Both the position numbers and the translations under genes were made by a program. The notes under the pieces were generated by a model. The model did not search any database. It saw nothing but the letters and a program-made list of their open reading frames with translations, and was not told where the DNA came from. Positions 1-9,713 of a stretch of 64,000 nucleotides of DNA are shown here, piece by piece. This DNA is from an uncultured Verrucomicrobiota bacterium (GTDB taxonomy: Bacteria > Verrucomicrobiota > Verrucomicrobiia > Limisphaerales > UBA9464), in the NCBI GenBank assembly GCA_903896505.1, contig CAITXU010000246.1, positions 9,657-73,656 on the forward strand, read 5' to 3'. Numbering within the stretch: the first letter of the stretch is position 1; the number at the start of each line of letters is the position of its first letter.

Positions 1-160
1 GCCGAGTTCGAGGGGGCTTGGACACCTCTATGCTTTCATTCCCGAATGACTCTCCGGTCACTGTTCCGCTACGAAGAAGAAAACTTCCCAACATCAATTT
101 CAGATCGGAGGTGGTGATTGCTTTTGAGACTCAGATGCAACAGCCTCACCTTGCATCTGC

Positions 161-1549
161 ATGATCAACGTTTTTCATCCTGCCGATTTTCGATTTGAGC
201 CCGCAGCCCGATTGCAACGGTTGGGGCTGGTTCACCGGGTGTTCGAAGATGTCGATGTGATTGAGTTGACGACCGCGACGTGCGATCTGGTCTATCTGGT
301 TCCGCTGGAGGTGATGGATGACCCGATTTGGTCGCGATTGCGGGTGCGGTTTGCGCGGGCGAACCGTCCGTACGTGGTCTGGATGGAAAAGGTGGAGACT
401 CGGGAAGTGGCACGCGGAATGCGTGACGGCGCTCTCGATGTTGTTTCGACTTACGATTCTGATGAGCGTTGGAGGGAGGCTGTGAACCGGGTCACCGAAC
501 ACCAGTCGGTCTGGCTGCAATTGTATGGAGGCCGACCCCTCAGCCCGGACGACGTGTTGATTGGAAAGTCAGCAGCCATCCAGCGACTACAGCAAACAAT
601 CGATCGCCTGGGACCGACGGACGTCTGCGTGTTGATCAATGGCGAGTCGGGCGTCGGCAAGGAGCGGGTGGCTTCGGCACTGCACAAGGCGGGAAGGGGC
701 GGAAGTTTCGTCGCCCTGAACTGTGCAGCGATTCCGAAGGACCTTCTGGAAGCGGAGTTATTCGGTGTGGAAAAAGGGGCGTTCACCGGAGCGCACAAAG
801 CCCGTCCAGGGCTGGTGGAGCAGGCGCACGGCGGATCACTATTTTTGGATGAAATTGGCGAAATGGAGATTGGAGTGCAGCCAAAGCTCCTTCGATTTCT
901 GGAGACCCGCAAGGCCCGCCGGGTGGGGGGCGAAAGCGAATACAAGGTCAACGTGCGGGTCGTTTCAGCGACCAACCGGAATCTGGACACTGAGATTGCA
1001 GAAAACCGGTTTCGTGCAGACCTCTATTACCGGTTGGCTGAAATCACTTTGCAGGTGCCACCCTTGAGGGCACGACCCGAGGACATCGCGGAACTGGCCA
1101 TTGCCTTTCTAAAGAAGGCGAATGAACGATTTGGCAAGAATTTTGAGAACATCGAACCGGCGTTGATCACCCGGTTTCACGGGTATAGCTGGCCGGGCAA
1201 TGTCCGGGAGCTGAAGAGCACCATCGATCGCATGGTGTTGTTGTTTGACGGGCCCGTACTTCGAGCTCCCTGGTGGGATCAGCCGGAAGAGCCGACCCGC
1301 CGGGTGCGCGCGGACGGTCCGGTTGGGTCCCATCCGATGGCGCAACCGTTGCCCGAACCTTCGAATTCGTTCAGCGCCCCTTCAGGGCCTTCGAATCCCG
1401 GCACTCTGGTCCCCAACGTCAAACAACGGATTGCGCTGGCACGGAAGCTTCTCGCCGAAAGTGACAACAATTATACCTGGGTGGCCGGTCAGCTGGGCAT
1501 CAACGCCTCGACACTCTGGCGTTGGCGAAAAGCGGGAAAGCTCGACTGA
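161..1549 (+). CDS. sigma54-dependent transcriptional activator (bEBP, AAA+ and HTH) with a degenerate receiver-like N-terminus
   Basis: Walker A GESGVGKE, ELFGVEKGAFTGA (GAFTGA loop), Walker B LFLDEIGEM, WPGNVREL and C-terminal HTH (AGQLGINASTLWRW). Confidence 0.93.
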   Translation: MINVFHPADFRFEPAARLQRLGLVHRVFEDVDVIELTTATCDLVYLVPLEVMDDPIWSRLRVRFARANRPYVVWMEKVETREVARGMRDGALDVVSTYDSDERWREAVNRVTEHQSVWLQLYGGRPLSPDDVLIGKSAAIQRLQQTIDRLGPTDVCVLINGESGVGKERVASALHKAGRGGSFVALNCAAIPKDLLEAELFGVEKGAFTGAHKARPGLVEQAHGGSLFLDEIGEMEIGVQPKLLRFLETRKARRVGGESEYKVNVRVVSATNRNLDTEIAENRFRADLYYRLAEITLQVPPLRARPEDIAELAIAFLKKANERFGKNFENIEPALITRFHGYSWPGNVRELKSTIDRMVLLFDGPVLRAPWWDQPEEPTRRVRADGPVGSHPMAQPLPEPSNSFSAPSGPSNPGTLVPNVKQRIALARKLLAESDNNYTWVAGQLGINASTLWRWRKAGKLD

Positions 1550-1570
1550 GGTCCCCCTAGGATATTCGCC

Positions 1571-2974
1571 ATGATCAAGGAAATCATCAAACTCATCTAT
1601 GTGGTGTTGCTGTATGTGGCAATCGCCCCGGCGTTGGGTTTGTTTTTTTCCAAAAATCGCACTGCGGAGCGAATCGCGCTGGCGATCATGGTTTCCATGC
1701 CCTCGTGGATACCTGGCAAGTTGACTCTGATGATCAATTCGGTCGAATTGTACCGCGGTCACACCAAAGGCTTCGAATTTTCGAATATTGTTGCCTTGGG
1801 TATCGCCCTGACGATGGCGGCCTATTTTCGCAAGGAACCTGGCGTCCGTTTATCCCCGCCCGGCCTTCGATTTTATCTCCTTTATTGCGCGGTCAGCAGC
1901 ATCTCCATCCTGGCGGCCCCCAACAAACTGTATGTCTTGATGGCCATTTGGAAGTTCACCACGGCGGTCATGATCTTTGTCGGTGCCTTCCATGCCTTCA
2001 GGGACTCCACGGACCTGAAATGGGTCATGCGGTCGCTGTCCATCACTCTGATTGTGCAAACCCTGGTCTGCCTCAAGTTGCGCTATTTGGAAGGGCGCTG
2101 GCAGGTTCACGGGTGGTTCGAACACCAGAATCCGATGGCGATTTGGGCCTATTTGTGCGCCCTGCCGATTCTGGCAGCTGCCTTCTGCCGTCAGGTGTCG
2201 CAGGGTGACATGGTCCTTTTTCTCGGAGGAACCGGAGCCACGGCTCTGATGATCCTGCTTTCGGTGTCCCGGGGTGGCCTCGGGGCGCTCTGTATCGGCG
2301 CGGTGGCGGTGACCGGCCTGGCCTATCTCCGGGGCCCATCGCTTCGAAAAATCACGATCACCGGGATGGGAGCGTGCGCGGCGGTTGCGGCGGGGATGCT
2401 GGCACTCGATTCAATCATGGCCCGGGTGGAGGAGGCGGGTTCGCATGAAGGAATGGAAGACCTTCGCCCGGTGCTGAATCGGATGTCGAAGCACATGCTG
2501 CAGGACTCTCCCATCGGCATCGGTTGGAACAATTTCGGGGTTATGAACAGCCTTCCATATGACCGGTATTGTCAGGTGCTGATGGATTGGGACGAGAGCC
2601 GTGGATTTCGCATCATTGATGAACTATACTTTGCCTGTCCACTCACTGAGAGCCTCTATTGGCTCCTCTTGTCCGAAACCGGGTATGGAGGCTTCCTCAC
2701 CTATGCCCTGTTCGAAGCCCTGACGCTGTGGTGGGCGTTCCGGGGTCTTCTCTATTTTTGGAAGGCACCCCTCGGTTATTTTCTTGGGGGCGTCCTGGTG
2801 GCCCTTTGCCTGACATATGCCCACGGATTGGTGGAACGGGTCCTCAGCCAGACCAAGAATCTTTCGGCCTGGCTCATATTCTGCGGCTTCATGGCCCGGG
2901 TGCAATACCTCCGCCAGCGTGGCCTTCCCACCTCGTTCGATCTGCCGCGAACCAAACGCCGCGCTCTGGCCTGA
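1571..2974 (+). CDS. O-antigen ligase / Wzy-like polytopic membrane protein
   Basis: Many hydrophobic segments, G-W-F-E-H-Q-N, LSVSRGG, P-I-G-I-G-W-N-N-F and SLYWLLLSETG motifs typical of Wzy_C; adjacent to a glycosyltransferase. Confidence 0.75.
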   Translation: MIKEIIKLIYVVLLYVAIAPALGLFFSKNRTAERIALAIMVSMPSWIPGKLTLMINSVELYRGHTKGFEFSNIVALGIALTMAAYFRKEPGVRLSPPGLRFYLLYCAVSSISILAAPNKLYVLMAIWKFTTAVMIFVGAFHAFRDSTDLKWVMRSLSITLIVQTLVCLKLRYLEGRWQVHGWFEHQNPMAIWAYLCALPILAAAFCRQVSQGDMVLFLGGTGATALMILLSVSRGGLGALCIGAVAVTGLAYLRGPSLRKITITGMGACAAVAAGMLALDSIMARVEEAGSHEGMEDLRPVLNRMSKHMLQDSPIGIGWNNFGVMNSLPYDRYCQVLMDWDESRGFRIIDELYFACPLTESLYWLLLSETGYGGFLTYALFEALTLWWAFRGLLYFWKAPLGYFLGGVLVALCLTYAHGLVERVLSQTKNLSAWLIFCGFMARVQYLRQRGLPTSFDLPRTKRRALA

Positions 2975-2987
2975 AACCTCCGCCACC

Positions 2988-4337
2988 ATGTCCCAATCCC
3001 CTGATCCGAGTTTGCAACGTCGTGGCTCTTCCAACGGACGCCCGCGCGTCCTGGTCGTGGCTGAGTCGGCGAACCCCGTCCTCACCAGTGTGTCGCTCAT
3101 CGGGTGGAGCTTCAGTCGCGCCTTGTCCGAGGTGGCCGATGTCCACCTGGCGGCAGAAATCCGGAATGAGAAGAATATCCGGGCGGCGGGCCTGGGGAGG
3201 ATGGAATTCACGCCCATCAACAACCGCCGGTGGCAGGGTTTGGCGTGGAATGTGTCCAAGGTGCTGCGAGGCGGCACTGCTCTTGGATGGAGCACGTACT
3301 CCGCCCTGGCCACCCTGGCATACCCGGCTTTTGAGCGCCGGGTGTGGCGTGAATTTGGACCGCGCATCCGCGCAGGTGAATTCGATGTGGTCCACCGCAT
3401 CGTGCCCAACGCACCGGTCACCCCCAGCCTCCTGGCCACCCGATGCGCCCGGGCAGGTGCCCGATTTGTTTTGGGTCCTCTGAATGGAGGAGTTCCCTGG
3501 CCCAAGGAATTCGCCCATTTGCAGCGCGCCGAGCGGGAGTGGTTGGGACGTTTCCGAAACCTCCATCGGGTGCTTCCGGGATTTCATTCCACCCGACGGG
3601 ATTCTGCGGCTTTGCTGATTGGCGCACGCATCGCCTGGAAGGAAATGCCTGCCCAATACCATTCCAAGTGCGTGTTTGTGCCGGAAAACGCCATCGACTC
3701 AGCCAAATTCCCACGTCGCGAAGCCCGCCCTTTCGCCGAGCCGTTGCGGGTGGCTTTTGTTGGACGCCTGGTGCCACTCAAGGGCGTCGACATGCTGATT
3801 GAGGCGTCCGCCGAACTGGCCCGCGCGGGACGGCTTCGTCTGGACATCATCGGCGACGGACCTGAGCTGCCAAAGCTGCGGAAACTGGTGTCCGATTTGG
3901 GCATCGCCGGGGCGGTTGAGTTTCCAGGTTGGGTGAAGCACGATCAACTGGCGGACCGGCTCACCCGCTCCCATCTCTTCGGTTTTCCCAGCGTGCGCGA
4001 ATTTGGCGGGGGCGTGGTGCTGGAAGCCATGGCACTGGGCCTGGTGCCCGTGGTGCTGGACTACGGAGGACCTGCGGAATTGGTTCCGCCGGGTTCCGGA
4101 TGGTGCCTGCCCATGGGTCCAAGAGCGACCATCGTTCAAGATCTGGCGCGGGTATTCTCCGAATGCCTGTCCGATCCAACACGTTTAGTTGCCGCTGCGG
4201 TCCGAGCACAGGAACATGTCTTTAAATATTTCACCTGGGAGGCCAAAGCCCGTCAGGTGGTCGAGGTCTACGATTGGGTCTGCGGACGCCAGACAGATAA
4301 GCCAGACTGGGGAGTCCCCTTTGGCTTTCCCCGCTAA
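2988..4337 (+). CDS. glycosyltransferase family 4 (GT-B)
   Basis: FVGRLVPLKG and FPSVREFGGGVVLEAMALG (E-x7-E motif); start chosen at ATG 2988, after the upstream stop. Confidence 0.9.
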   Translation: MSQSPDPSLQRRGSSNGRPRVLVVAESANPVLTSVSLIGWSFSRALSEVADVHLAAEIRNEKNIRAAGLGRMEFTPINNRRWQGLAWNVSKVLRGGTALGWSTYSALATLAYPAFERRVWREFGPRIRAGEFDVVHRIVPNAPVTPSLLATRCARAGARFVLGPLNGGVPWPKEFAHLQRAEREWLGRFRNLHRVLPGFHSTRRDSAALLIGARIAWKEMPAQYHSKCVFVPENAIDSAKFPRREARPFAEPLRVAFVGRLVPLKGVDMLIEASAELARAGRLRLDIIGDGPELPKLRKLVSDLGIAGAVEFPGWVKHDQLADRLTRSHLFGFPSVREFGGGVVLEAMALGLVPVVLDYGGPAELVPPGSGWCLPMGPRATIVQDLARVFSECLSDPTRLVAAAVRAQEHVFKYFTWEAKARQVVEVYDWVCGRQTDKPDWGVPFGFPR

Positions 4338-4389
4338 ACCGCAGTCATCCCCCTTTACGCATTCATCAGAATTTAGGAATTTCATTTCT

Positions 4390-4950
4390 ATGTATGGAAT
4401 GGTTAATAAGGCAGTGGAAGAGTTGGTGTGTCTTCATCACGGTGAACACACTTGGCAAAAGATCAAGGAACGGTCCGACGTGGATGTCGACGTCTTCATT
4501 TCCAACGAAGCCTATCCGGATGACATCACGTATCGTTTGGTCGGAGCCGCCAGCGAGATTCTGGGGCAGCCTGCAGACGAAATCCTGATCGCCTTTGGAG
4601 AGCATTGGGTTTTGAACACCGCTCAAAAGGGCTACGGCCAAATGATGCAGGCCGGAGGGCGGACGCTTCCAGAGTTCCTCATCAATTTGCCCAATTTCCA
4701 CAGTCGCGTGGCCATGATTTTTCCGAAATTGCAACCACCGCGTTTCGAGTGCCGGGACATCACTCCCCACTCCCTCCGTCTTCATTACTATTCCCACCGC
4801 CCGGGACTTGCCTCTTTTGTCGTCGGCCTGATGCAGGGACTGGGAAAGATGTTCCACACTCCCGTGGTGGTCCGCCTGGCCATTCCGAAAGGGGATGCAT
4901 CCGATCATGATGTCTTTGATGTCACGTGGCAGACGATGTCAGAAACATGA
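4390..4950 (+). CDS. H-NOX (heme-NO binding) protein
   Basis: Starts MYGMVN; proximal His (NFHSRV), P-P-x-F and Y-x-S-x-R (YYSHR) heme motif. Confidence 0.93.
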   Translation: MYGMVNKAVEELVCLHHGEHTWQKIKERSDVDVDVFISNEAYPDDITYRLVGAASEILGQPADEILIAFGEHWVLNTAQKGYGQMMQAGGRTLPEFLINLPNFHSRVAMIFPKLQPPRFECRDITPHSLRLHYYSHRPGLASFVVGLMQGLGKMFHTPVVVRLAIPKGDASDHDVFDVTWQTMSET

Positions 4951-7922
4951 GTCCGGATGATTCCCCACGGCAACCCTTGGGTCTTCCCCCGGAACAGTTT
5001 GCCGCCGCATTCCCATTCCATGTCGCCATTGGATCCAACCTGGAGGTACTTCAGGTCGGTTCGACGCTGGCTAGGCTTTGTCCTGATGTCCACGCCGGAA
5101 CGGATTTTGCAGCGGCGTTTCATTCCCTGCGTCCACATGGGGACCTGAGCTGGACATGGCTGAAAGAGAATCGTCGCTATTTTATTTTATTGGAGCACCG
5201 GTCCACCCGGCTCCAACTCCGGGGGGAATTCATGCCCCTGCCCGACGGCAAGAGTGCCCTGTTCCTTGGTTCACCCTGGATTACCGATTCCCAGGAGTTC
5301 ACGGCCCGCGGACTGAGTTTTGACGATTTTGCTGTCCACGATCCCGTGGTCGATTTGCTTCAAGTACTGCAATCGAGTCAGATAGCTTTGGATGATGCGA
5401 GGCGACTCAATGTCCGGCTCACGGGCCAGCGGGCCGAATTACGGGCGGCCAATGACCGGTTGCGAGCCCAGGAGTCCGAGGCACGGATGCTGGCCCTGGT
5501 GGCTGCCCGGACGGACAACAGTGTGATCCTCACGGATGCCCGCGGATTGACAGTGTGGGTGAACGAAGGGTTTACCCGCATGACGGGCTTCACTCTGGAG
5601 GACATGCACGGAAAGAAGCCGGGTGACCTTGTGCAAGGGTCTGCCACCGATCCCACAACGGTGCGGTGGATGCACCAATGCGTATCCCAGGGGCAGGGCT
5701 TTAGCGCTAATATATTGAACTATTCAAAGACTCTTCGTCCCTACTGGATCAGTCTTGAAGTTCAACCCATTCATGATTCCTCAGGTCAACTGACTCATTT
5801 CATGGCCCTTCAGAGGGACATTACCGCCGAACGGGCGGCACAGCAGCGATTGACGCTCCAGTTTGAAGTCTCGAACGTGTTAACCCGGGCGGGCAATTTT
5901 GCGGTGGCCCTACCCGCGATGTTGAAAGCCGTGGTCGGAGAGATGGGGTTGCAGCTCGGACAAATCTGGCGGGTCCGGGGTGACCGCCTCCGATTTGCCG
6001 AAGCGTGGCACCCCCCGGAGGTGCAGTTGGCCAGTTTTGTAGGTGCCAGCCGGAGACGTCTCTTCGCCCCGGGAGAAGGCCTTCCAGGCAGGGTGTGGGA
6101 AACGGCGCGACCGGAATGGATCCCTGACGTGGCACAGGCTGAACCACACACCCGTGCAAGCGCGGCGCGGGAGAACGGGTTCACCACCGCCTATGCGTTT
6201 CCGGTTTTCGTTCGTGAAAACGTCTGGGGCGTTATGGAGTTCTTTGGGTCGTATTTGGAAAAGCCGGATGCTGCCCTTTCGCAAACCCTGGCGTCGCTTG
6301 CCGACCAATTGGGACAATTCATTGCCCGGCGGGAGGCAGAGGAAGGTCTCCGCCTCGCGAAAGTGGCGGCAGAGGCTGCCAACCAGGCCAAGAGCGATTT
6401 TCTGGCCATGATGAGCCATGAAATCCGCACCCCCTTGAATGCAGTCATCGGAATGACCGAATTGCTTCTCAAGAGTCAACTGAATGCCCGCCAGGCGGAA
6501 TGCGCACGGATTGCCGCCGACGGAGGTGCGGCCTTGCTCGATCTCATCAATGACATCCTGGATTTCTCAAAGATCGAATCCGGAGAACAGTTCGAGCTGG
6601 AGTCCGACCAGTTTGATCTTGAGCGGGTCGTTTGTGGCGTCGCCGATTTACTCAGACCCCGTGCGACGGATAAGGGCCTGACGCTGGACATCCACTATCA
6701 GCCTGAAGTTCCAGTCTGGGCCATTGGTGATGCCGGACGCATTCGACAGGTGCTGATGAATCTCGTCGGTAATGCCATCAAATTCACGGAACAGGGTGGC
6801 ATCCGTCTGCGCGTGATGCTTCAGGAGAGGGAATCTCAGTCTGTGCGGCTCCGGTTTGAGGTCGAGGACACCGGGGTGGGCATTGAAGCGGAGGACTTCC
6901 CACGCCTTTTTCAGGTGTTTTCTCAAGTGGACCGTGACGCACTGCGTCGCCGCGGCGGTACCGGCCTCGGATTGGCGATATCCAAGCGGCTGGTGGAATT
7001 GATGGGGGGCAAGATCGGAGTCACGAGCCTTGTCGGCGAAGGATCCGTATTTTGGTTCGAACTCAAACTGGCCGTTGCCGACTGCGCTGAGTCCGTTGCG
7101 ACCTCCGGGGGAATGTCGATCCTGGACTTCTCCCACCTCGGAATTCGGATTCTGGCAGCCGACGACAACGAAGCGAATCGTCGGTTGATTGAATTCACGT
7201 TGGAAGAGATGGGTTTAAGGTCGGATTTCGTCCAAAATGGAATGGAAGCAGTGGATTACTGGCAACAGCATGATCCCGATGTCATTCTGATGGATTGTCA
7301 GATGCCTCTGCTGGATGGTTTCGAGGCCTCCCGCCTGATTCGGCGCCAGGAGGCGGAACGCGGGCCCTCTGGAAAGCACCGGGTTCGAATCGTTGCCTTG
7401 ACGGCAAATGCATTGAAAGGGGTTGAGGAGCGGTGTATCGAGGCCGGTATGGATGCCTACCTGACCAAGCCGTTCACGGTTCAGCAGTTAAGTGCCGTGC
7501 TGGTTCCAACTTCCGAGTCCGATGTGACACCGATGGTGGCCGACCACCCTCCGGTCGCTATCATCCCTGCATTTGACCCTTCGCTACCCGATCAACTGGC
7601 CACTGACCTCGGTGCGGACAGCGCAATTCCCTTGATGGAGGACTTTCTCGCGGAATTGCCCGGTCAATTGCTGGAACTCCAACGGCTTGCCACAGAAAGC
7701 CGTCGGGAGGAACTCTTCCGCCTGGCACATTCCCTGCAGGGAATCGGTCTTTCCTTTGGCCTTGCGGGCATGGGGTCCAAGCTTCGCGATCTCGAAGCAA
7801 TTGCCAAGACCTGCACCTTGGGCGAGGCAACCACATTGATCTCCCTGATTTCGTCCGAAGCCACACGGAGTGTGACCGGACTCCGCTCCTGGATTGCGGC
7901 TCATACGCCCGCTTCCAACTAA
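4947..7922 (+). CDS. hybrid sensor histidine kinase (HNOBA/PAS-PAS-GAF-HisKA-HATPase-REC-Hpt)
   Basis: ATGA overlap with the H-NOX gene; FPFH...LRGEF...LFLGSP...DFAVHD (HNOBA), MSHEIRTPLN, NAIKFT, DTGVG, GGTGLGL, LMDCQMP and AHSLQG (Hpt). Confidence 0.92.
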   Translation: MSPDDSPRQPLGLPPEQFAAAFPFHVAIGSNLEVLQVGSTLARLCPDVHAGTDFAAAFHSLRPHGDLSWTWLKENRRYFILLEHRSTRLQLRGEFMPLPDGKSALFLGSPWITDSQEFTARGLSFDDFAVHDPVVDLLQVLQSSQIALDDARRLNVRLTGQRAELRAANDRLRAQESEARMLALVAARTDNSVILTDARGLTVWVNEGFTRMTGFTLEDMHGKKPGDLVQGSATDPTTVRWMHQCVSQGQGFSANILNYSKTLRPYWISLEVQPIHDSSGQLTHFMALQRDITAERAAQQRLTLQFEVSNVLTRAGNFAVALPAMLKAVVGEMGLQLGQIWRVRGDRLRFAEAWHPPEVQLASFVGASRRRLFAPGEGLPGRVWETARPEWIPDVAQAEPHTRASAARENGFTTAYAFPVFVRENVWGVMEFFGSYLEKPDAALSQTLASLADQLGQFIARREAEEGLRLAKVAAEAANQAKSDFLAMMSHEIRTPLNAVIGMTELLLKSQLNARQAECARIAADGGAALLDLINDILDFSKIESGEQFELESDQFDLERVVCGVADLLRPRATDKGLTLDIHYQPEVPVWAIGDAGRIRQVLMNLVGNAIKFTEQGGIRLRVMLQERESQSVRLRFEVEDTGVGIEAEDFPRLFQVFSQVDRDALRRRGGTGLGLAISKRLVELMGGKIGVTSLVGEGSVFWFELKLAVADCAESVATSGGMSILDFSHLGIRILAADDNEANRRLIEFTLEEMGLRSDFVQNGMEAVDYWQQHDPDVILMDCQMPLLDGFEASRLIRRQEAERGPSGKHRVRIVALTANALKGVEERCIEAGMDAYLTKPFTVQQLSAVLVPTSESDVTPMVADHPPVAIIPAFDPSLPDQLATDLGADSAIPLMEDFLAELPGQLLELQRLATESRREELFRLAHSLQGIGLSFGLAGMGSKLRDLEAIAKTCTLGEATTLISLISSEATRSVTGLRSWIAAHTPASN

Positions 7923-7976
7923 TACCCCCCCGAGCCCGAGGGCCGCTGCACCCTGCACATTCTCCCGGTAATTGTT

Positions 7977-8000
7977 ACAGATGACCTGTCCCTTAGTTTG
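7977..8000 (+). repeat. dispersed REP-like motif (ACAGA)TGACCTGTCCCTTAGTTTG
   Basis: The same core recurs at 35468, 35666 (inverted), 35701, 48331, 49268 and 49306. Confidence 0.85.
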
Positions 8001-8128
8001 CAAATGCCTTGAATCCATCGATAGCCTAGCCTTACCAATGTAATTGGAGTTCAATCAGTTATACCGACAAATCATAAACGGCCTTCGATTGCACTTGCCT
8101 CCGGTCTGACAACTTGCGCTTCTTGGCC

Positions 8129-8764
8129 ATGGAACAGTTTCAACCGCTACGGGTCGCCGTCCTCGGTTCCGGTCGTGGAACCAATTTTGTCGCACTCTCC
8201 GAGGCCATTCAGCGGGATGGGCTTCCAGTGGATGTCCGGCTGGTGATCAGCGATGTGGAGACCGCCCCCATTCTGGCGCACGCCCGGGAACGAGGCGATA
8301 CCGCGCTTTATCTACCGCCGGGAGCGTTTCGCACCAAGCTGGATGAAGTGGCGGAGGCTGCCTACCTGCAGGCATTGGACGAGGCCGGTGTCGAGTTTCT
8401 TGTCCTGGCCGGATTCATGCGGATTCTGAAGGGTCCATTGCTGCATCGATTTTCCGGTCGCGTCGTGAACATCCACCCGTCGCTGCTTCCGGCTTTTCCA
8501 GGTCTGAATGCCTGGCAACAGGCTCTGGACTATGGAGTCAAAGTGACCGGCTGTACGGTTCATCTCGTGGACGAAGGAGTGGATACCGGACCCATTCTGG
8601 CCCAACGCGCAGTGCCCGTGCTGGATACGGACACTCCCGCCACCTTGCACGAACGCATTCAGGTGGCCGAGCGTGAACTCTATCCGTCCGTGATCGGCGC
8701 ACTCGCCCGGCGGCAAATCCAGGTTCGTGGCCGCTTGACCCGTGGGTTTTCCGACGGAAGATAG
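8129..8764 (+). CDS. purN: phosphoribosylglycinamide formyltransferase
   Basis: SGRGTN, LAGFMRIL, NIHPSLLPAFPG and GCTVHLVDEGVDTGPI. Confidence 0.96.
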   Translation: MEQFQPLRVAVLGSGRGTNFVALSEAIQRDGLPVDVRLVISDVETAPILAHARERGDTALYLPPGAFRTKLDEVAEAAYLQALDEAGVEFLVLAGFMRILKGPLLHRFSGRVVNIHPSLLPAFPGLNAWQQALDYGVKVTGCTVHLVDEGVDTGPILAQRAVPVLDTDTPATLHERIQVAERELYPSVIGALARRQIQVRGRLTRGFSDGR

Positions 8765-8804
8765 AGGCTCGGAGACGATCCTTCGGAGTTCCTCCGCATT
8801 ATTC

Positions 8805-9662
8805 ATGAGTTCCCCCCTGACCTTGACCCTCGGCCATTCTCCCGACCCCGACGACGCCTTCATGTTTTACGGTCTGGCCCGAGGGCTCATCTCCACCCCC
8901 GGTTACGAGTTCGAGCACATTCTTCAGGACATCCAGACGCTGAACGAGCGGGCGACCCGGGGAGAGCTCGACATCAGTGCGATCAGCATTCATGCGTATG
9001 CCCATGTCAGCGAGACCTATGCCTTGCTGCCCAGTGGCGCGAGCATGGGAGACGGGTATGGACCGATGTTGATTGCACGGGAGCGTTGGTCCCGCGACGA
9101 GGTAGCACGACGACGGATCGCAGTTCCTGGAACCATGACCAGCGCTTTTCTGGCACTCCAACTGTGGCTGGGACGGTCCGCCCAGGATTTCGACTACATC
9201 GTGGTTCCCTTCGACCAGATTTTCGCCGCCGTCCAATCGGGCAAAGCGGATGTCGGGCTCATCATCCATGAAGGCCAACTGACCTATGCCCAGGAGGGAT
9301 TTGCGGTTTGCGAGGATTTGGGAGTCTGGTGGGGACGAGAGAATGACGGTTTACCCCTGCCCCTGGGCGGCAACGTGATTCACAAGCGCCATTCGCCTGC
9401 AGTCCGCCGGGAAGTGGCCAACATCCTGGAGGCCAGCATCCGCTTCAGTCTGGAGCACCGGTCCGATGCCGTGGCACACTCCATGCAATGGGCGCGTGAT
9501 TTGGGGGTCGATCTGACCGACCGCTTCGTGGGCATGTACGTGAACCACTGGACGCTCGACTATGGCGAACGTGGACGCGAGAGCATCCGGCGGTTTCTGG
9601 CGCGCGGGCAAAAAATGGGGGTGGTACCTCAGGCACCACCCCTTGAATTCGTCTCGAATTGA
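8805..9662 (+). CDS. mqnD: 1,4-dihydroxy-6-naphthoate synthase (futalosine menaquinone pathway)
   Basis: GHSPDPDDAFMF, DIQTLN, GYGP, IIHEGQLTY, LPLPLGG and FVGMYVN. Confidence 0.9.
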   Translation: MSSPLTLTLGHSPDPDDAFMFYGLARGLISTPGYEFEHILQDIQTLNERATRGELDISAISIHAYAHVSETYALLPSGASMGDGYGPMLIARERWSRDEVARRRIAVPGTMTSAFLALQLWLGRSAQDFDYIVVPFDQIFAAVQSGKADVGLIIHEGQLTYAQEGFAVCEDLGVWWGRENDGLPLPLGGNVIHKRHSPAVRREVANILEASIRFSLEHRSDAVAHSMQWARDLGVDLTDRFVGMYVNHWTLDYGERGRESIRRFLARGQKMGVVPQAPPLEFVSN

Positions 9663-9713
9663 GAGCCGCGTCATGGGTCTGAAGAGCTCTCCGACCCAAT
9701 CCTGGCTGCAGTA

